Origin: Deltaproteobacteria bacterium
GTDB taxonomy: Bacteria; Myxococcota; Kuafuiibacteriia; Kuafuiibacteriales; Kuafuiibacteriaceae
Reading direction: 5' to 3'
Assembly: GCA_040218735.1 (NCBI GenBank)
Contig: JAVJQW010000033.1
Span: forward strand, 213,748 to 277,747
Length of the DNA: 64,000 nucleotides
Shown: positions 29,291 through 41,589 of the stretch, in pieces
Layout of the letters: each line of letters begins with the position of its first letter
Position numbering within the stretch: the first letter of the stretch is position 1
The notes under the pieces: model-generated
The model's input: only the letters and a program-made list of their open reading frames with translations
What the model was told of the DNA's origin: nothing
Databases searched by the model: none
Translations under genes and position numbers: made by a program

Positions 29291-30420
29291 GCACGCCGCT
29301 GTCGAAGCGTGTCGCCGCGCTCGCGCCGTCGATCATTCGGGTGATGAACGGGCGGCGCAGGCCGACCAGCATCGATCTCTCCCTCGGGCAGCCGGCGTTG
29401 CCGCCGGACCCCGGCCTCGTGAAGGAGGCGCTGGAGGCGACGGAGAAGGCGGGCTGGGGGTACACACCCAACCCGGGGATCGTCGAGCTTCGCGAGGTCA
29501 TCGCGAAGCACCACGGGTTGCCCGGGCGTGACCAACCTCAAAACGTGATCGTCACGGTCGGGAGTGAGGAGGCGGTCTACCTCGCGTTGCTGTCGAGCGT
29601 CGATCCGGGCGACGAGATCCTGTTCCCGGAGCCGGGCTACCCGGCGTACCGCGGTATCGCAGGGCTGATCGGCGCGACGCCGGTGCCGTATCCGATCGAC
29701 CGCGCCACGGGGTTGGTCGCGCGCGCCGACGCAATCGAGGCGCGCATCACGGAGCGCACGCGCATCGTGGTGCTCAACTCACCGTCGAACCCGTTTGGCA
29801 CCTACGAGGACGAGGCGGAGCTCGCGCGCATCGCGAAGGTCTGCGAGGCCCACGGCGTGACGATCCTCGCGGACGAGATCTACCGCGACCTGGTGTACGG
29901 CGATCGTGTCTTCCGATCGATCACCGAGATCACGGACCGCGCGATCCTCGTGAGCGGCCTGTCCAAGAGCTGCGCGCTCACGGGCTTCCGCCTCGGGTAC
30001 CTCGTCGCCGACGCCGACTTCGTCGTGCAGGCGACCCTCGCGCACCAGCTCGTGGTGACGTGCACGGCGCGCATCTCACAGCACGCGGCGGTGCGTGTCT
30101 TCGCGGAGCCGGAGCACCTCGTGCGGCACGTCCCGTACTACGCGGACGCGCGGGCGGCGGTGGCGGAGGCGGCGAAGGCGTTGCCCGAAGACGTCCCGCT
30201 GTTCCTCGGCGAGGGTGCCTTCTACGCGATCATCGACGTCAGCCGTCGCACGGACGACGCGTACGCGTTGGCGGTGCGGCTGCTCGAGGAAGAGGACGTC
30301 GTCGTCGTCCCCGGCGTCGCGTTCGGCCCCGGCGGGGAGTGGTTCTGGCGACTGTCCTACGCCGCGGGCGCCGAGACGGCGTCCGAGGGCGTTCGACGCA
30401 TCGCGCGGTTCCTCGGCTAG
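29287..30420 (+). CDS. PLP-dependent aminotransferase class I/II
   Basis: IDLSLGQP, GYTPNPG, LNSPSNPFG, ADEIY, SGLSKSCALTGFRLGY, VVPGVAFG. Confidence 0.92.
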   Translation: MSTPLSKRVAALAPSIIRVMNGRRRPTSIDLSLGQPALPPDPGLVKEALEATEKAGWGYTPNPGIVELREVIAKHHGLPGRDQPQNVIVTVGSEEAVYLALLSSVDPGDEILFPEPGYPAYRGIAGLIGATPVPYPIDRATGLVARADAIEARITERTRIVVLNSPSNPFGTYEDEAELARIAKVCEAHGVTILADEIYRDLVYGDRVFRSITEITDRAILVSGLSKSCALTGFRLGYLVADADFVVQATLAHQLVVTCTARISQHAAVRVFAEPEHLVRHVPYYADARAAVAEAAKALPEDVPLFLGEGAFYAIIDVSRRTDDAYALAVRLLEEEDVVVVPGVAFGPGGEWFWRLSYAAGAETASEGVRRIARFLG

Positions 30421-30483
30421 TGCACGAGCGCCCCCGGGCGGGTGGCGTGCGCTGGGGGCGCGGGCCTGGTATCGCATGCCGCG

Positions 30484-31449
30484 ATGGTGACGCGTGCCGT
30501 CCAGCTCGACTTTTCGTCCAAGGAGCACGGGCCCGTCGAGTCGGACGCCATCGATGCGGCGATCCAGGCGGGGCGCTATGTATGGATCGACATCGAGGCC
30601 TCGAACGCCGAGGAGCTCGGTACGGCGCTGAGCGCGGTCGACCGTCTGGATCCGGAGGTGATCGACCACGTCATCACCCAGGAGGAGACGACCCAGATCG
30701 CGCGCTACGAGGGGTGTCTTCACCTCGCGATGTGCGCGGGGCGCTTCGACGACGACGACTTCTCGCTGCAGCGCTTCGACGCCGTGCTCGGGGACGGGTT
30801 CCTGCTCACGGCGCGCATCGGTGCGTGTGGCGTGCTCGACCGGATCCGCAAGGAGTACGCCGCGGACTTCGTACGGCACGCGAACACGCCGAGCTTCTTG
30901 GTGTTCGAGCTGTGGGATCACCTCGCAGATCATTACGTCGAGGTGCAGAAGCGGCTGGAGGGGGAGGTCGAGCAGCTGCAGCGTGAGCTCTTCAAGGACA
31001 GCGACGACGACGTCTTCGAGCGTGTCTCGGACATCGGCGCGGACCTGCTGCGCTTTCGTTCGGTGTTGATGCCGGCGCGCGCGATCCTGAGCGAGCTGTC
31101 GACGCGCCGATCGATCTTCGTGAGCGAGGCGACACAGCCGTACCTCAACAACATCGTCGGGACGATCGAGCACGTGCTGCAGGACGTCCTCGTCGATCGT
31201 GACTCCCTGACCCAGGCGCTGTCGCTCTACCTCTCGATGGTCGGGCACCGCACGAACCGCGCGATGAGCAAACTCACCGTGATCAGCGTGATCTTCCTGC
31301 CGCTGACCTTTCTGTGCGGCGTGTACGGGATGAACTTCCAGATCCTGCCCGAGCTGCAGTGGAAGTACGGCTACGCGCTGTTCTGGTTCCTGGTGGTGTT
31401 GATCGTCGTGGTGATGGTCGCCGTGATGAGGCGCGCACGCCTGCTGTGA
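30484..31449 (+). CDS. corA: CorA-family Mg2+/Co2+ transporter
   Basis: TNRAMSKLTVISVIFLPLTFLCGVYGMNF, PELQWKYGY (GMN signature, two TMs). Confidence 0.92.
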   Translation: MVTRAVQLDFSSKEHGPVESDAIDAAIQAGRYVWIDIEASNAEELGTALSAVDRLDPEVIDHVITQEETTQIARYEGCLHLAMCAGRFDDDDFSLQRFDAVLGDGFLLTARIGACGVLDRIRKEYAADFVRHANTPSFLVFELWDHLADHYVEVQKRLEGEVEQLQRELFKDSDDDVFERVSDIGADLLRFRSVLMPARAILSELSTRRSIFVSEATQPYLNNIVGTIEHVLQDVLVDRDSLTQALSLYLSMVGHRTNRAMSKLTVISVIFLPLTFLCGVYGMNFQILPELQWKYGYALFWFLVVLIVVVMVAVMRRARLL

Positions 31450-31850
31450 TGTGGGCGCTCGACTCGAAGCCCGACGACGAAGACGCGTCGCAGACCGTCG
31501 TCGACGACGAGCCCGAGAAGGAGGAGGCACCGCCGCGGATCGTGTGTCGTCGGTGCGCGACGTTCCTCAGCGAGGAGAAGGCCGTCTTCTCGCTGACGGA
31601 GGGCGGCGCAGTGCAAGTGTTCCCGAACCCGAGCGGTTGGCTGCGCAAGATCGTGACGGTGCGTTGGGCCGAGAACCTCGTCGCCGTGTCGCGGCCGACC
31701 GCGGACTTCACGTGGTTCGCGGGGTACGCCTGGACGATCGTCACGTGCGCCGGATGCGCCGCGCACCTCGGGTGGCTCTACGAGGACGTCGCGAACCAGT
31801 CGATCGCGTCGTTCTACGGGCTCCTCGTGGCGGAGGTGGAGAGGTCCTGA
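31449..31850 (+). CDS. Bacterial cereblon (CULT-domain) protein
   Basis: Zn pairs CRRC and CAGC; FPNPSG; FTWFAGYAWTI...HLGWLY tri-Trp cage; ATG overlaps the corA TGA. Confidence 0.88.
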   Translation: MWALDSKPDDEDASQTVVDDEPEKEEAPPRIVCRRCATFLSEEKAVFSLTEGGAVQVFPNPSGWLRKIVTVRWAENLVAVSRPTADFTWFAGYAWTIVTCAGCAAHLGWLYEDVANQSIASFYGLLVAEVERS

Positions 31851-31860
31851 GCGGCCTGCT

Positions 31861-33438
31861 ATGGATCGACGCATCGAAGCGCCGAACGCCACCACCCGAG
31901 CGCAGCTGGACCGCATCCTCCGGGAGGCGGGCGTACGACGCGAGTACGCGCCGGCGGTGGAGGGGGAGGTCGAGCGCTTCGTCGCGAACCCGGGCATCGA
32001 CGATCCGCGCCTGGCCGATCTCACCGATCGCCCGTTCGTGACGATCGACGAGACACACTCGCGCGATCTGGATCAGGCGCTGTTCATCCAGCGCACGGGC
32101 GGTGGGTTCGTCGTGGACTACGCGCTGGCCGACGCGGCCTACGCCGTCCGGCCGGACACCGCGCTGTTCTCGGAGTCGCTCAAGCGCGGCGCGAGCTTCT
32201 ACCTGCCGGGGTTCTCGGTGCCGATGCTGCCGCGCGCGTTGTCGGAGGGGCTCGTCTCGCTCAACCCGAACGTCGAGCGCCGCGCCCTCGTGGTGCGCAC
32301 GGAGCTCGACGCGACCGGGATGCCGACCGGGTCTTCGCTCTTCCGTGCGCGGATTCGTAGCCGCGACAAACTCGCCTACGGCGACGTGGATCGCTGGCTC
32401 GCCCAAGAGTCCGACACCTTCGACGAAGCGCCGTACGCCGAATCGCTCCGCCTCCTGAAGACAGTCGGCGAGCTGCGCATGCAGGACCTCGTGGAGCGCG
32501 ACGTCGTGCAGCACCACCGGCGCTCGACGGAGGTCGTCGTCAACGACAGCGGGGATCTGGAGATCGTGCCGCTCGCGCGACGTCGGGTGGATCGTTACAA
32601 CGAGCAGATCTCCCTGCTGTGCAACATCGAGGGCGCGCGGTTCCTGCGGCGTCACGCGCATGCTGCCTTGCAGCCGGTGTTCAAGGTGCACGAGCGGCCA
32701 CCCGAGTCGCGTGTGCACGAGCTCGAGGCGCTGATCGGTGGCGTGGTCGCGGCGCGTGGGCTCGACGCGGACCGCTGGGCGTGGCGCTCCCGGAGCACCC
32801 ACGGCGAGGCGGGGGAGACACTCGCCGCGTACCTTGCGCGCGTCCCGGTGGACGGACCGGACGGCGACGTCGGTCGCGCGATTCACCGGCAGGCGATCTG
32901 GATCAACCGTCGCTCGGAGTTCACGGTGGAGGCCGCGCCGCACCACGGGATCGGCGCGGAGGAGTACGCGCGGTTCTCGGCGCCGATGCGCGAGGTCGTC
33001 GGGATCTTCACGCACAAGGAAGCGCTGGAGGTCCTCGACGACGCGATCGAGCAGAACGTGGAGCGGGACAAGGCGCTCCAGGCGCAGGTGGTCGAGGTGT
33101 CGAACCGCGCGAAGGCGGTGCAGTCGCGGATCGACAAGAAGACGGAGCTGATCGCGCTCGACCAGCTCCTGGAGCGCGACCTCGCCGGGGACCGACCCGT
33201 GCGCGAGGGGTTCGTGATGGGGCTCGCGAAGAACAAGATCTACATCGACATCGAGGCGCCCCCGCTCGAGGTGAAGCTGTACGTCGAGGACCTCGAACGC
33301 CACTGCGGGGGCCGGCCGACGCTCGCGGACCACGGCGCGGCGCTCCGGGGCTCGGACCGCGCCATTTTCCTCGGTGACCGCGTGCGGTTACGGGTGCGCG
33401 GGCGAACGAAGGGCCGCTGGTCCTTCGAGCTGGTCTGA
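31861..33438 (+). CDS. RNB-domain exoribonuclease (RNase II/R family, short N-terminus)
   Basis: FVTIDETHSRDLDQAL, YALADAA, RGASFYLPG, PMLPRALSEGLVSL, HHGIG...YARFSAPMR. Confidence 0.88.
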   Translation: MDRRIEAPNATTRAQLDRILREAGVRREYAPAVEGEVERFVANPGIDDPRLADLTDRPFVTIDETHSRDLDQALFIQRTGGGFVVDYALADAAYAVRPDTALFSESLKRGASFYLPGFSVPMLPRALSEGLVSLNPNVERRALVVRTELDATGMPTGSSLFRARIRSRDKLAYGDVDRWLAQESDTFDEAPYAESLRLLKTVGELRMQDLVERDVVQHHRRSTEVVVNDSGDLEIVPLARRRVDRYNEQISLLCNIEGARFLRRHAHAALQPVFKVHERPPESRVHELEALIGGVVAARGLDADRWAWRSRSTHGEAGETLAAYLARVPVDGPDGDVGRAIHRQAIWINRRSEFTVEAAPHHGIGAEEYARFSAPMREVVGIFTHKEALEVLDDAIEQNVERDKALQAQVVEVSNRAKAVQSRIDKKTELIALDQLLERDLAGDRPVREGFVMGLAKNKIYIDIEAPPLEVKLYVEDLERHCGGRPTLADHGAALRGSDRAIFLGDRVRLRVRGRTKGRWSFELV

Positions 33439-33494
33439 ATCAATTCGGAGCCGGAGCTTCAGCTCGCGACCCCCCGACCGAATACGGGATCGTC

Positions 33495-35123
33495 ATGATC
33501 TCCGTCTCGACCCTCGCCCTCGGACTCACGTTGCTGGCGTCGCCCTACGCGACGCGCGCCGAGGCCGCCGACATCGTCGCCGCCGGCGGACCGAACGCCG
33601 CCGACGCCCGTGCTTGGCTGGTCGGCGCCGGCCGCCCCGGGCTGTGGGCGCTCCACGCGCTCGCGAAGAGCGGCTCGAGCGCCAAGAAGGCCAACGTCCT
33701 CGAAGCCATCGGCTGGTGGCGCACCGAGGAGGCGGAGTATGTGCTCCGCCGCTCGCTGAAGTCCGGCAACAGCGTGGTGCAGGTCGGCGCGGTCAAGGGG
33801 ATGGGGCACCTCGCGACGTCGCGCGTCGGGCGGGTGCTCGTCGATCAGCTCGACTCGCGCTATCCCGCGGTTCGCGAGGCGGCGGTCGCTGCGCTGATCG
33901 AGATCGGCCCGAGCGTCGCGCAGCGCGTGCGTTCGAAGCTCTCCGATCCGAGCGCCTTCGCGCGCGCCGGGGCCGTCACGTACTTCGCGAAGCACTCCAA
34001 CGACGTCGAGTTCGACGAGGTCGTGGGCGACGCGCTCCGGGACGGCGCCTGGAGCGTGGTGTCGGCGGCGGTCGACGCTGCGGGGCAGCGCAAGCGCCGC
34101 GCGCACCTTCCGCGTTTGCACACGCTCCTCGCCACCGCGCCTTCGAAGGTCGCGGTCGCCGCGGGTGAGGCGTACGTGCAGGCCGCGCCCGACGCGTACG
34201 GCGATCGGGTGGCGGACATCCTCGAGGAGCGCCGCGTCCCGAAGGCCGTGCGTCAGGCCATGAAGGCGAAGCTCCGCGCGGACGTCGGTCGGCGCTCCTT
34301 CGAGATCCTCGCGAAGGCGGCCGTCGACGCCGGCGAGAAGGGCGAGGCGGCGTACCGCGACCTGATCGTCACCAACGCCTCCGAGAAGGAGGCGACGGCG
34401 CTCTTTTCGCTGCTCGCTTCGCGTCGTCCGCGCCTGAGCGCGTTTGCGTCGAGCGCGTTGGCGATGATGGGCGAGTCGATCGAAGACGGTGCGCTGGAGG
34501 CGCTCCCGAGCGCGAGCATCATCACGCGCGAAGCCATCCTCGACATCCTGATGAAGGCCCCGCGCGATCGCATGAAGGCCAAGGCGCTCGAGATGGCGAA
34601 GAGCAAGGACGACGAACGCCGCGTCGCCGCGATCCGGGTCATGGAGCGCATGGCCGACAACAGCCTCACGCCGAAGCTCACCGAGCTCGCGGACGACGAG
34701 CGCCCGAAGGTCCGTATGGCGGCGCTCGCGGCGCTCGGGCCGATCCCGTCTGCGTCGGCGCGCGTCACGCTCGAAGAGCACCTCGCCGACCCCGCTGCCG
34801 ACGTGCAGATCGCCGCGCTCCGCGCGCTCGCCGCGACGCCCACCCAGGAGCGGAACGACCGCGTCCTCGCGGCCCTCGACGACGAGCGCCCGAACGTCCG
34901 CCTCGAAGCGATCCGCCTGCTCTCACCGCCGCAGTCGAGCCCCGTCCTGACGCGCTTCGAGCGGATGCTCGAGACGGCGTCGGCGTCGGAGCGCATCGCG
35001 ATCATTCAGGGCATCGCGAAGAGCAAGCTCCCCGGCGCCGACATGCTGCTGATGGAGTTGGTGACCCACCGTAGACACGAGATCCGCAAGGCGGCCGTGG
35101 CGACGGTGGATCAGGACTGGTGA
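33495..35123 (+). CDS. Exported HEAT-repeat protein
   Basis: Signal peptide; repeated D..P.VR.AA..AL motifs. Confidence 0.8.
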   Translation: MISVSTLALGLTLLASPYATRAEAADIVAAGGPNAADARAWLVGAGRPGLWALHALAKSGSSAKKANVLEAIGWWRTEEAEYVLRRSLKSGNSVVQVGAVKGMGHLATSRVGRVLVDQLDSRYPAVREAAVAALIEIGPSVAQRVRSKLSDPSAFARAGAVTYFAKHSNDVEFDEVVGDALRDGAWSVVSAAVDAAGQRKRRAHLPRLHTLLATAPSKVAVAAGEAYVQAAPDAYGDRVADILEERRVPKAVRQAMKAKLRADVGRRSFEILAKAAVDAGEKGEAAYRDLIVTNASEKEATALFSLLASRRPRLSAFASSALAMMGESIEDGALEALPSASIITREAILDILMKAPRDRMKAKALEMAKSKDDERRVAAIRVMERMADNSLTPKLTELADDERPKVRMAALAALGPIPSASARVTLEEHLADPAADVQIAALRALAATPTQERNDRVLAALDDERPNVRLEAIRLLSPPQSSPVLTRFERMLETASASERIAIIQGIAKSKLPGADMLLMELVTHRRHEIRKAAVATVDQDW

Positions 35124-35141
35124 GGGGGCGAGCGCCCCCTC
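35122..35141. terminator. GC hairpin between convergent genes (HEAT gene / rpoD)
   Basis: GAGGGGGC-GAGC-GCCCCCTC perfect 8-bp stem; no U-tract. Confidence 0.5.
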
Positions 35142-35144
35142 GAA

Positions 35145-37835
<2,691 letters not shown>

Positions 37836-37852
37836 CGATCTTCTCTTTCCGT

Positions 37853-39622
37853 TCAGGCCTTGGGGGCCTGAATCTCCTTGAGCTCCGCGAGGAGCTGCAG
37901 CTGGACCTCGGGGTCGCCTTCCCGGGCGATTCGCTGCTTCAGGTCGCGCACGCTTCGCTTCTTGTGCTCATCGAGCAGGCGGTCCACGAGTGCGGCGGTG
38001 TCGTCTTCGTTCGGGAGCTCCTCGCTCAGATAGCCCACGAGGCCATCGGCGAGCTGCCCGTACCCTTCTTCCGCCAGGACTGCCAGTGCTTTGGCCGCGT
38101 TGAACGTCGCTCCTCCTTCGACTGCGTGTGATGCAGCGCGCACCGCGGTTTCAACCGCGGCGGAAGAGAACGTGTCCAGCGCCGATTTCATTTCCAACGT
38201 ACGCAAGGTTTCGACGGGTTCGCTCACCAGCTTCTTCAGGAGCGCCTTCTCTACGACGGGTAACGAAACCTCGCGAGATTTTGGCGCCTTGGGTGGTGGC
38301 TCGGGCCGTCGGGATCGTTCGGGACCCCTGCTCGAAAGGTGTCTGTGGAACACGTTCGGTGACAGACCGAGTGTCTTGGCCGCCGCCTGCATCGCCACAT
38401 CCCGGATCAGGGGGTCCCGAATCGCCTGAATCATGGGTTTGATGGCCTCGACGGCCTGGGTCGTCCCGGCGACCCCGCCCCCGGCGTGCCGCTGGCGCGC
38501 GCGAGACAGGAAGAAATCGATCGCGGAAGGCGCTGCGTCAACGAGTTTCTCTAGTGAATCGCCACCCTTGCCGCGCACGAAGGTGTCCGGATCCTCGCCC
38601 GGGGGTAGGGCAATCACCCGGACGGACGCGCCCGCCTCGAGCAGCAGGATCGACGCCTTGCGGGTGGCCTCCTGCCCGGCCTCGTCGCCGTCGTAGAGCG
38701 TGACGATCTCGGGGGCCTGCCGGACCAGCGCCCGCGCGTGGTCCTTGGTCAACGCGGTGCCACACGCCGCGACCGCGACGGCGACGCCGGACTGCGCCAG
38801 CGCAATCACGTCGAGGTAGCCCTCCACGAGCAGCGCGCGCCGTCCGCGGCGGATGTCGTCCCGGCATTCATAGAGCCCATACAAGATACGGCTCTTGTCG
38901 TAGATCGGGCTCTCCGGGGAGTTGAGGTACTTCGGGGCGTCCGGCTCCACCCAGTCCGCGCGCCGCGCGCCGAAGCCGGCGATCCGGCCGTCGGGGAGGC
39001 GGATCGGAAACACGACGCGCCCGCGGAGCCGGTCGTAGGGCCGGCCGTCCCGCGCGGACTTTCCGCACAGGCCCACCTGGATCGCGCGATCCGGGGGGAT
39101 CTTTCGGGACGCGAGGAAGTCGACGAGGTTGCGCCACCCGGGGGGCGCCCACCCGATCTCGAAGCGGTCGATCGTCGCCTGGGTCAGCCCGCGCTCGCGG
39201 GTGAGGTAGGCGCGGGCCTCGCGATCCTCGTTCAAGGCGCGCCGGTAGAAGCCGAGCGCTTCCTCGTTGAGATCGAAGAGTGTGTTCGAGACCTTGCGTC
39301 GCTCGCGCTGCGCCGGGGTCTCTTCGTGCTGCGGGAGGTTCACGCCGGCCTCGCGCGCGAGGCGGCGTACGGCCTCGGGGAAGTCGATGCCTTCCATGCG
39401 CATCACGAAGCCGAAGACGTCGCCGCCCGCGCCGCAGCCGAAGCAGTGAAACAGCTGCTTCGCGCGGCTCACACCGAACGACGGGGTCTTCTCGCTGTGG
39501 AACGGGCAGAGGCCGACCATGCGGCTGCCCTTCTTGGTGAGCTGGACGGAGCGACCCACCACCGACTCGATGTCGATGCGGTCGCGGATCTCACTGATCT
39601 TCTCGGCGGGGTAGCGCGCCAC
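37853..39622 (-). CDS. dnaG: DNA primase
   Basis: CHC2 zinc finger [11 protein letters not shown]...[14 protein letters not shown], Toprim [20 protein letters not shown]; start GTG at 39622. Confidence 0.96.
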   Translation of the reverse strand: MARYPAEKISEIRDRIDIESVVGRSVQLTKKGSRMVGLCPFHSEKTPSFGVSRAKQLFHCFGCGAGGDVFGFVMRMEGIDFPEAVRRLAREAGVNLPQHEETPAQRERRKVSNTLFDLNEEALGFYRRALNEDREARAYLTRERGLTQATIDRFEIGWAPPGWRNLVDFLASRKIPPDRAIQVGLCGKSARDGRPYDRLRGRVVFPIRLPDGRIAGFGARRADWVEPDAPKYLNSPESPIYDKSRILYGLYECRDDIRRGRRALLVEGYLDVIALAQSGVAVAVAACGTALTKDHARALVRQAPEIVTLYDGDEAGQEATRKASILLLEAGASVRVIALPPGEDPDTFVRGKGGDSLEKLVDAAPSAIDFFLSRARQRHAGGGVAGTTQAVEAIKPMIQAIRDPLIRDVAMQAAAKTLGLSPNVFHRHLSSRGPERSRRPEPPPKAPKSREVSLPVVEKALLKKLVSEPVETLRTLEMKSALDTFSSAAVETAVRAASHAVEGGATFNAAKALAVLAEEGYGQLADGLVGYLSEELPNEDDTAALVDRLLDEHKKRSVRDLKQRIAREGDPEVQLQLLAELKEIQAPKA

Positions 39623-39700
39623 GAGACCTCGTCTGAAAAAAGAAAGACGCGCGCTCGGTCGGACCGGGCGCGCGCCAAACACTCGAAAGCGGGGGCGTGA

Positions 39701-39898
39701 TTAGTGCCCTTCCTTCCGAAGCTTCTTGATCATGCGCTTACGCGCGGCCGCAGCCTTCTTCTTCTTCTTCACGGAGGGCTTTTCGTAATACTCGCGCTTA
39801 CGAATCTCACCGAGGATGCCGGCGCGCTCGCACTGCTTCTTGAAGCGGCGCATCGCACGTTCGAAGGACTCACCTTCCTTGACTCTCACTCCTGGCAT
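39701..39898 (-). CDS. rpsU: 30S ribosomal protein S21
   Basis: [33 protein letters not shown]; upstream of dnaG-rpoD. Confidence 0.97.
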   Translation of the reverse strand: MPGVRVKEGESFERAMRRFKKQCERAGILGEIRKREYYEKPSVKKKKKAAAARKRMIKKLRKEGH

Positions 39899-39961
39899 GA
39901 CGGACGAATCACCCCCTCGGCTCGGCTAGCTGCCTGTGTCCCGTAAGGAACGGGAGGGGAG

Positions 39962-39990
39962 GGTCTAGGATTCCCCGCCGGCCCTGTCAA
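39962..39990 (-). promoter_or_regulatory. sigma70 promoter of the rpsU-dnaG-rpoD operon
   Basis: Minus strand TTGACA (39990-39985), 17-nt spacer, TAGACC (39967-39962). Confidence 0.65.
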
Positions 39991-40008
39991 GCACAGGTGC
40001 AGAGCCCT

Positions 40009-40725
40009 TCACTCGGCCGGCGACTCCGGCTGCGTCCGCGCCGCCTTCTCCTCCAGGCCCGAGCGCCCCATCCGTCGCTCCAGCTCCGCGAGCACGTCCC
40101 GAAACGACAGCTGCCGTCCCTTGAGCGCCACCGCGAGGTGGTAGAGCACGTCCGCCGACTCCGACACGACACGATCGTCGCCTTCCTCGGCGAGGGCGAC
40201 GGCGAGCTCTTCGGACTCTTCGCGGATCTTCGCGATCTGCGTCTCGACGCCCGCCTCCAGCAGCGTGCGCGTGTAACTCGGCGTGATCTCGCTCTTGTTC
40301 GCCGCCCGGGCGTCGATGACCGTCTCCAGCTCGGCCATGATCTGCGCCTCGGTCCCGCTCGCGACCTCGACCGGCTCGCGCGACCAGCCCTCGCGCACGC
40401 GCCGCCACGAAAAACACGTGTCGGTGCCCTCGTGACAGGCCGGGAGCTTCGCCTCCACGAGGTAGAGCAGGGTGTCGCCGTCGCAGTCCAGGCGCACGTG
40501 GAGCAGCCGTTGCCGGTTCCCGGAGACCGCGCCCTTCTCCCACAGGGTCTGGCGCGACCGCGAGTAGTAGGTCGCGTACCCCGTCTCGAGCGACTTCGCG
40601 AGCGCCTCCTTCGACACCCACGCGACCATCAACACCGCGCGCGTCCTCAGGTCCTGCGCGACACACGGGACCAGCCCGCGCTCGTCGGGCGACGTCTTCG
40701 CCCACAGACGCTCTACGTTCACCAC
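40009..40725 (-). CDS. hisIE: Bifunctional phosphoribosyl-AMP cyclohydrolase / phosphoribosyl-ATP pyrophosphatase
   Basis: YYSRSRQTLWEKG..SGN, DCDGDTLL, PACHEGTDTCF, SYTRTLL, KIREESEE, ESADVLYH. Confidence 0.95.
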   Translation of the reverse strand: MVNVERLWAKTSPDERGLVPCVAQDLRTRAVLMVAWVSKEALAKSLETGYATYYSRSRQTLWEKGAVSGNRQRLLHVRLDCDGDTLLYLVEAKLPACHEGTDTCFSWRRVREGWSREPVEVASGTEAQIMAELETVIDARAANKSEITPSYTRTLLEAGVETQIAKIREESEELAVALAEEGDDRVVSESADVLYHLAVALKGRQLSFRDVLAELERRMGRSGLEEKAARTQPESPAE

Positions 40726-40766
40726 CCGGGACCTTACCCAGATATCACGCGTGCTGTCGCGCCCCC

Positions 40767-41462
40767 TCAGGGGCGATCCAGCGTCACGACGAAGTCATAC
40801 CACCCCGCCGGAACACCGCAGCCCTCGAACCCCTCGAACCGATCCGCCTGCTCCACGCGCACGTGGAGGTCACTGTCGTCCAGCACGTGGCGGGACGGAA
40901 CCGCGTAGCTCGCGTCGCCGCGGGTGATCGCGATCGCCTGCCGAACCGCGTCGAAGCACCCCTGCGGCACCGCCGTGCACTCCGTGTCCGCGACGCGCGC
41001 GACCACGGGCCCGAGGAACGTCGCGTCCGGGAGCTCCGGCCCGACGACCACGCCGACCGCGAGGCGCTCCTCGGCGTCCAACACCGCGAGCATCCGGTTC
41101 TCGAACCCACCCTCTACGGGGCGCCGGGCGTAGCGGAGCCGGATCCGTTCGTCCGCCGCAATCGCGATCGGCGCGACGGGGTTCGATGCGATCGCGATCG
41201 TCGCCGTGGTGATGTCGGCGGCGCAGCCCGCGAGGAACAGGCGCGTCTCGTTGCCGCTCAGGCGCACGCTGGCGACGTCACACTCCGTGTCGACACCGAA
41301 CGCACCCGTCGCGGGGCCATCCGTTGCGATCTCCAAGGACACCCCCGCCGGGCTGTCCGTCGGCAGGCAGTCGTCCGGGATCGGCGGCGGCGGAACGGGA
41401 TCGGGGTCGCCGGTGCACGCCGCGAGGGCGACCAAGCCGCCCGTGATGAAAGCCGCCCGCAT
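40767..41462 (-). CDS. Hypothetical Cys-containing lipoprotein
   Basis: MRAAFITGGLVALAAC lipobox; Pro linker; beta-rich domain. Confidence 0.6.
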   Translation of the reverse strand: MRAAFITGGLVALAACTGDPDPVPPPPIPDDCLPTDSPAGVSLEIATDGPATGAFGVDTECDVASVRLSGNETRLFLAGCAADITTATIAIASNPVAPIAIAADERIRLRYARRPVEGGFENRMLAVLDAEERLAVGVVVGPELPDATFLGPVVARVADTECTAVPQGCFDAVRQAIAITRGDASYAVPSRHVLDDSDLHVRVEQADRFEGFEGCGVPAGWYDFVVTLDRP

Positions 41463-41589
41463 GACTCCGCTCGACCCGATCCCCACCTGCGCCTCCGAAC
41501 GCTCCCCGCTCTACCGGTTCACGCGCCGCTCGGGTGTAAGTCGACGGTAACAGACATCGTCGCGGTCCTCTCTCATCGTCGTCTTCACG

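Noticed and set aside
32030-32085. Inactive RNB nuclease (DLDQA instead of DxDDA)
   Set aside because: Three of the four acidic residues are retained and DLDQA variants occur in RNB proteins; not evidence of a pseudo-enzyme.
39899-40008. tRNA or riboswitch upstream of rpsU
   Set aside because: No cloverleaf or known aptamer consensus seen; explained by the promoter and 5' UTR.
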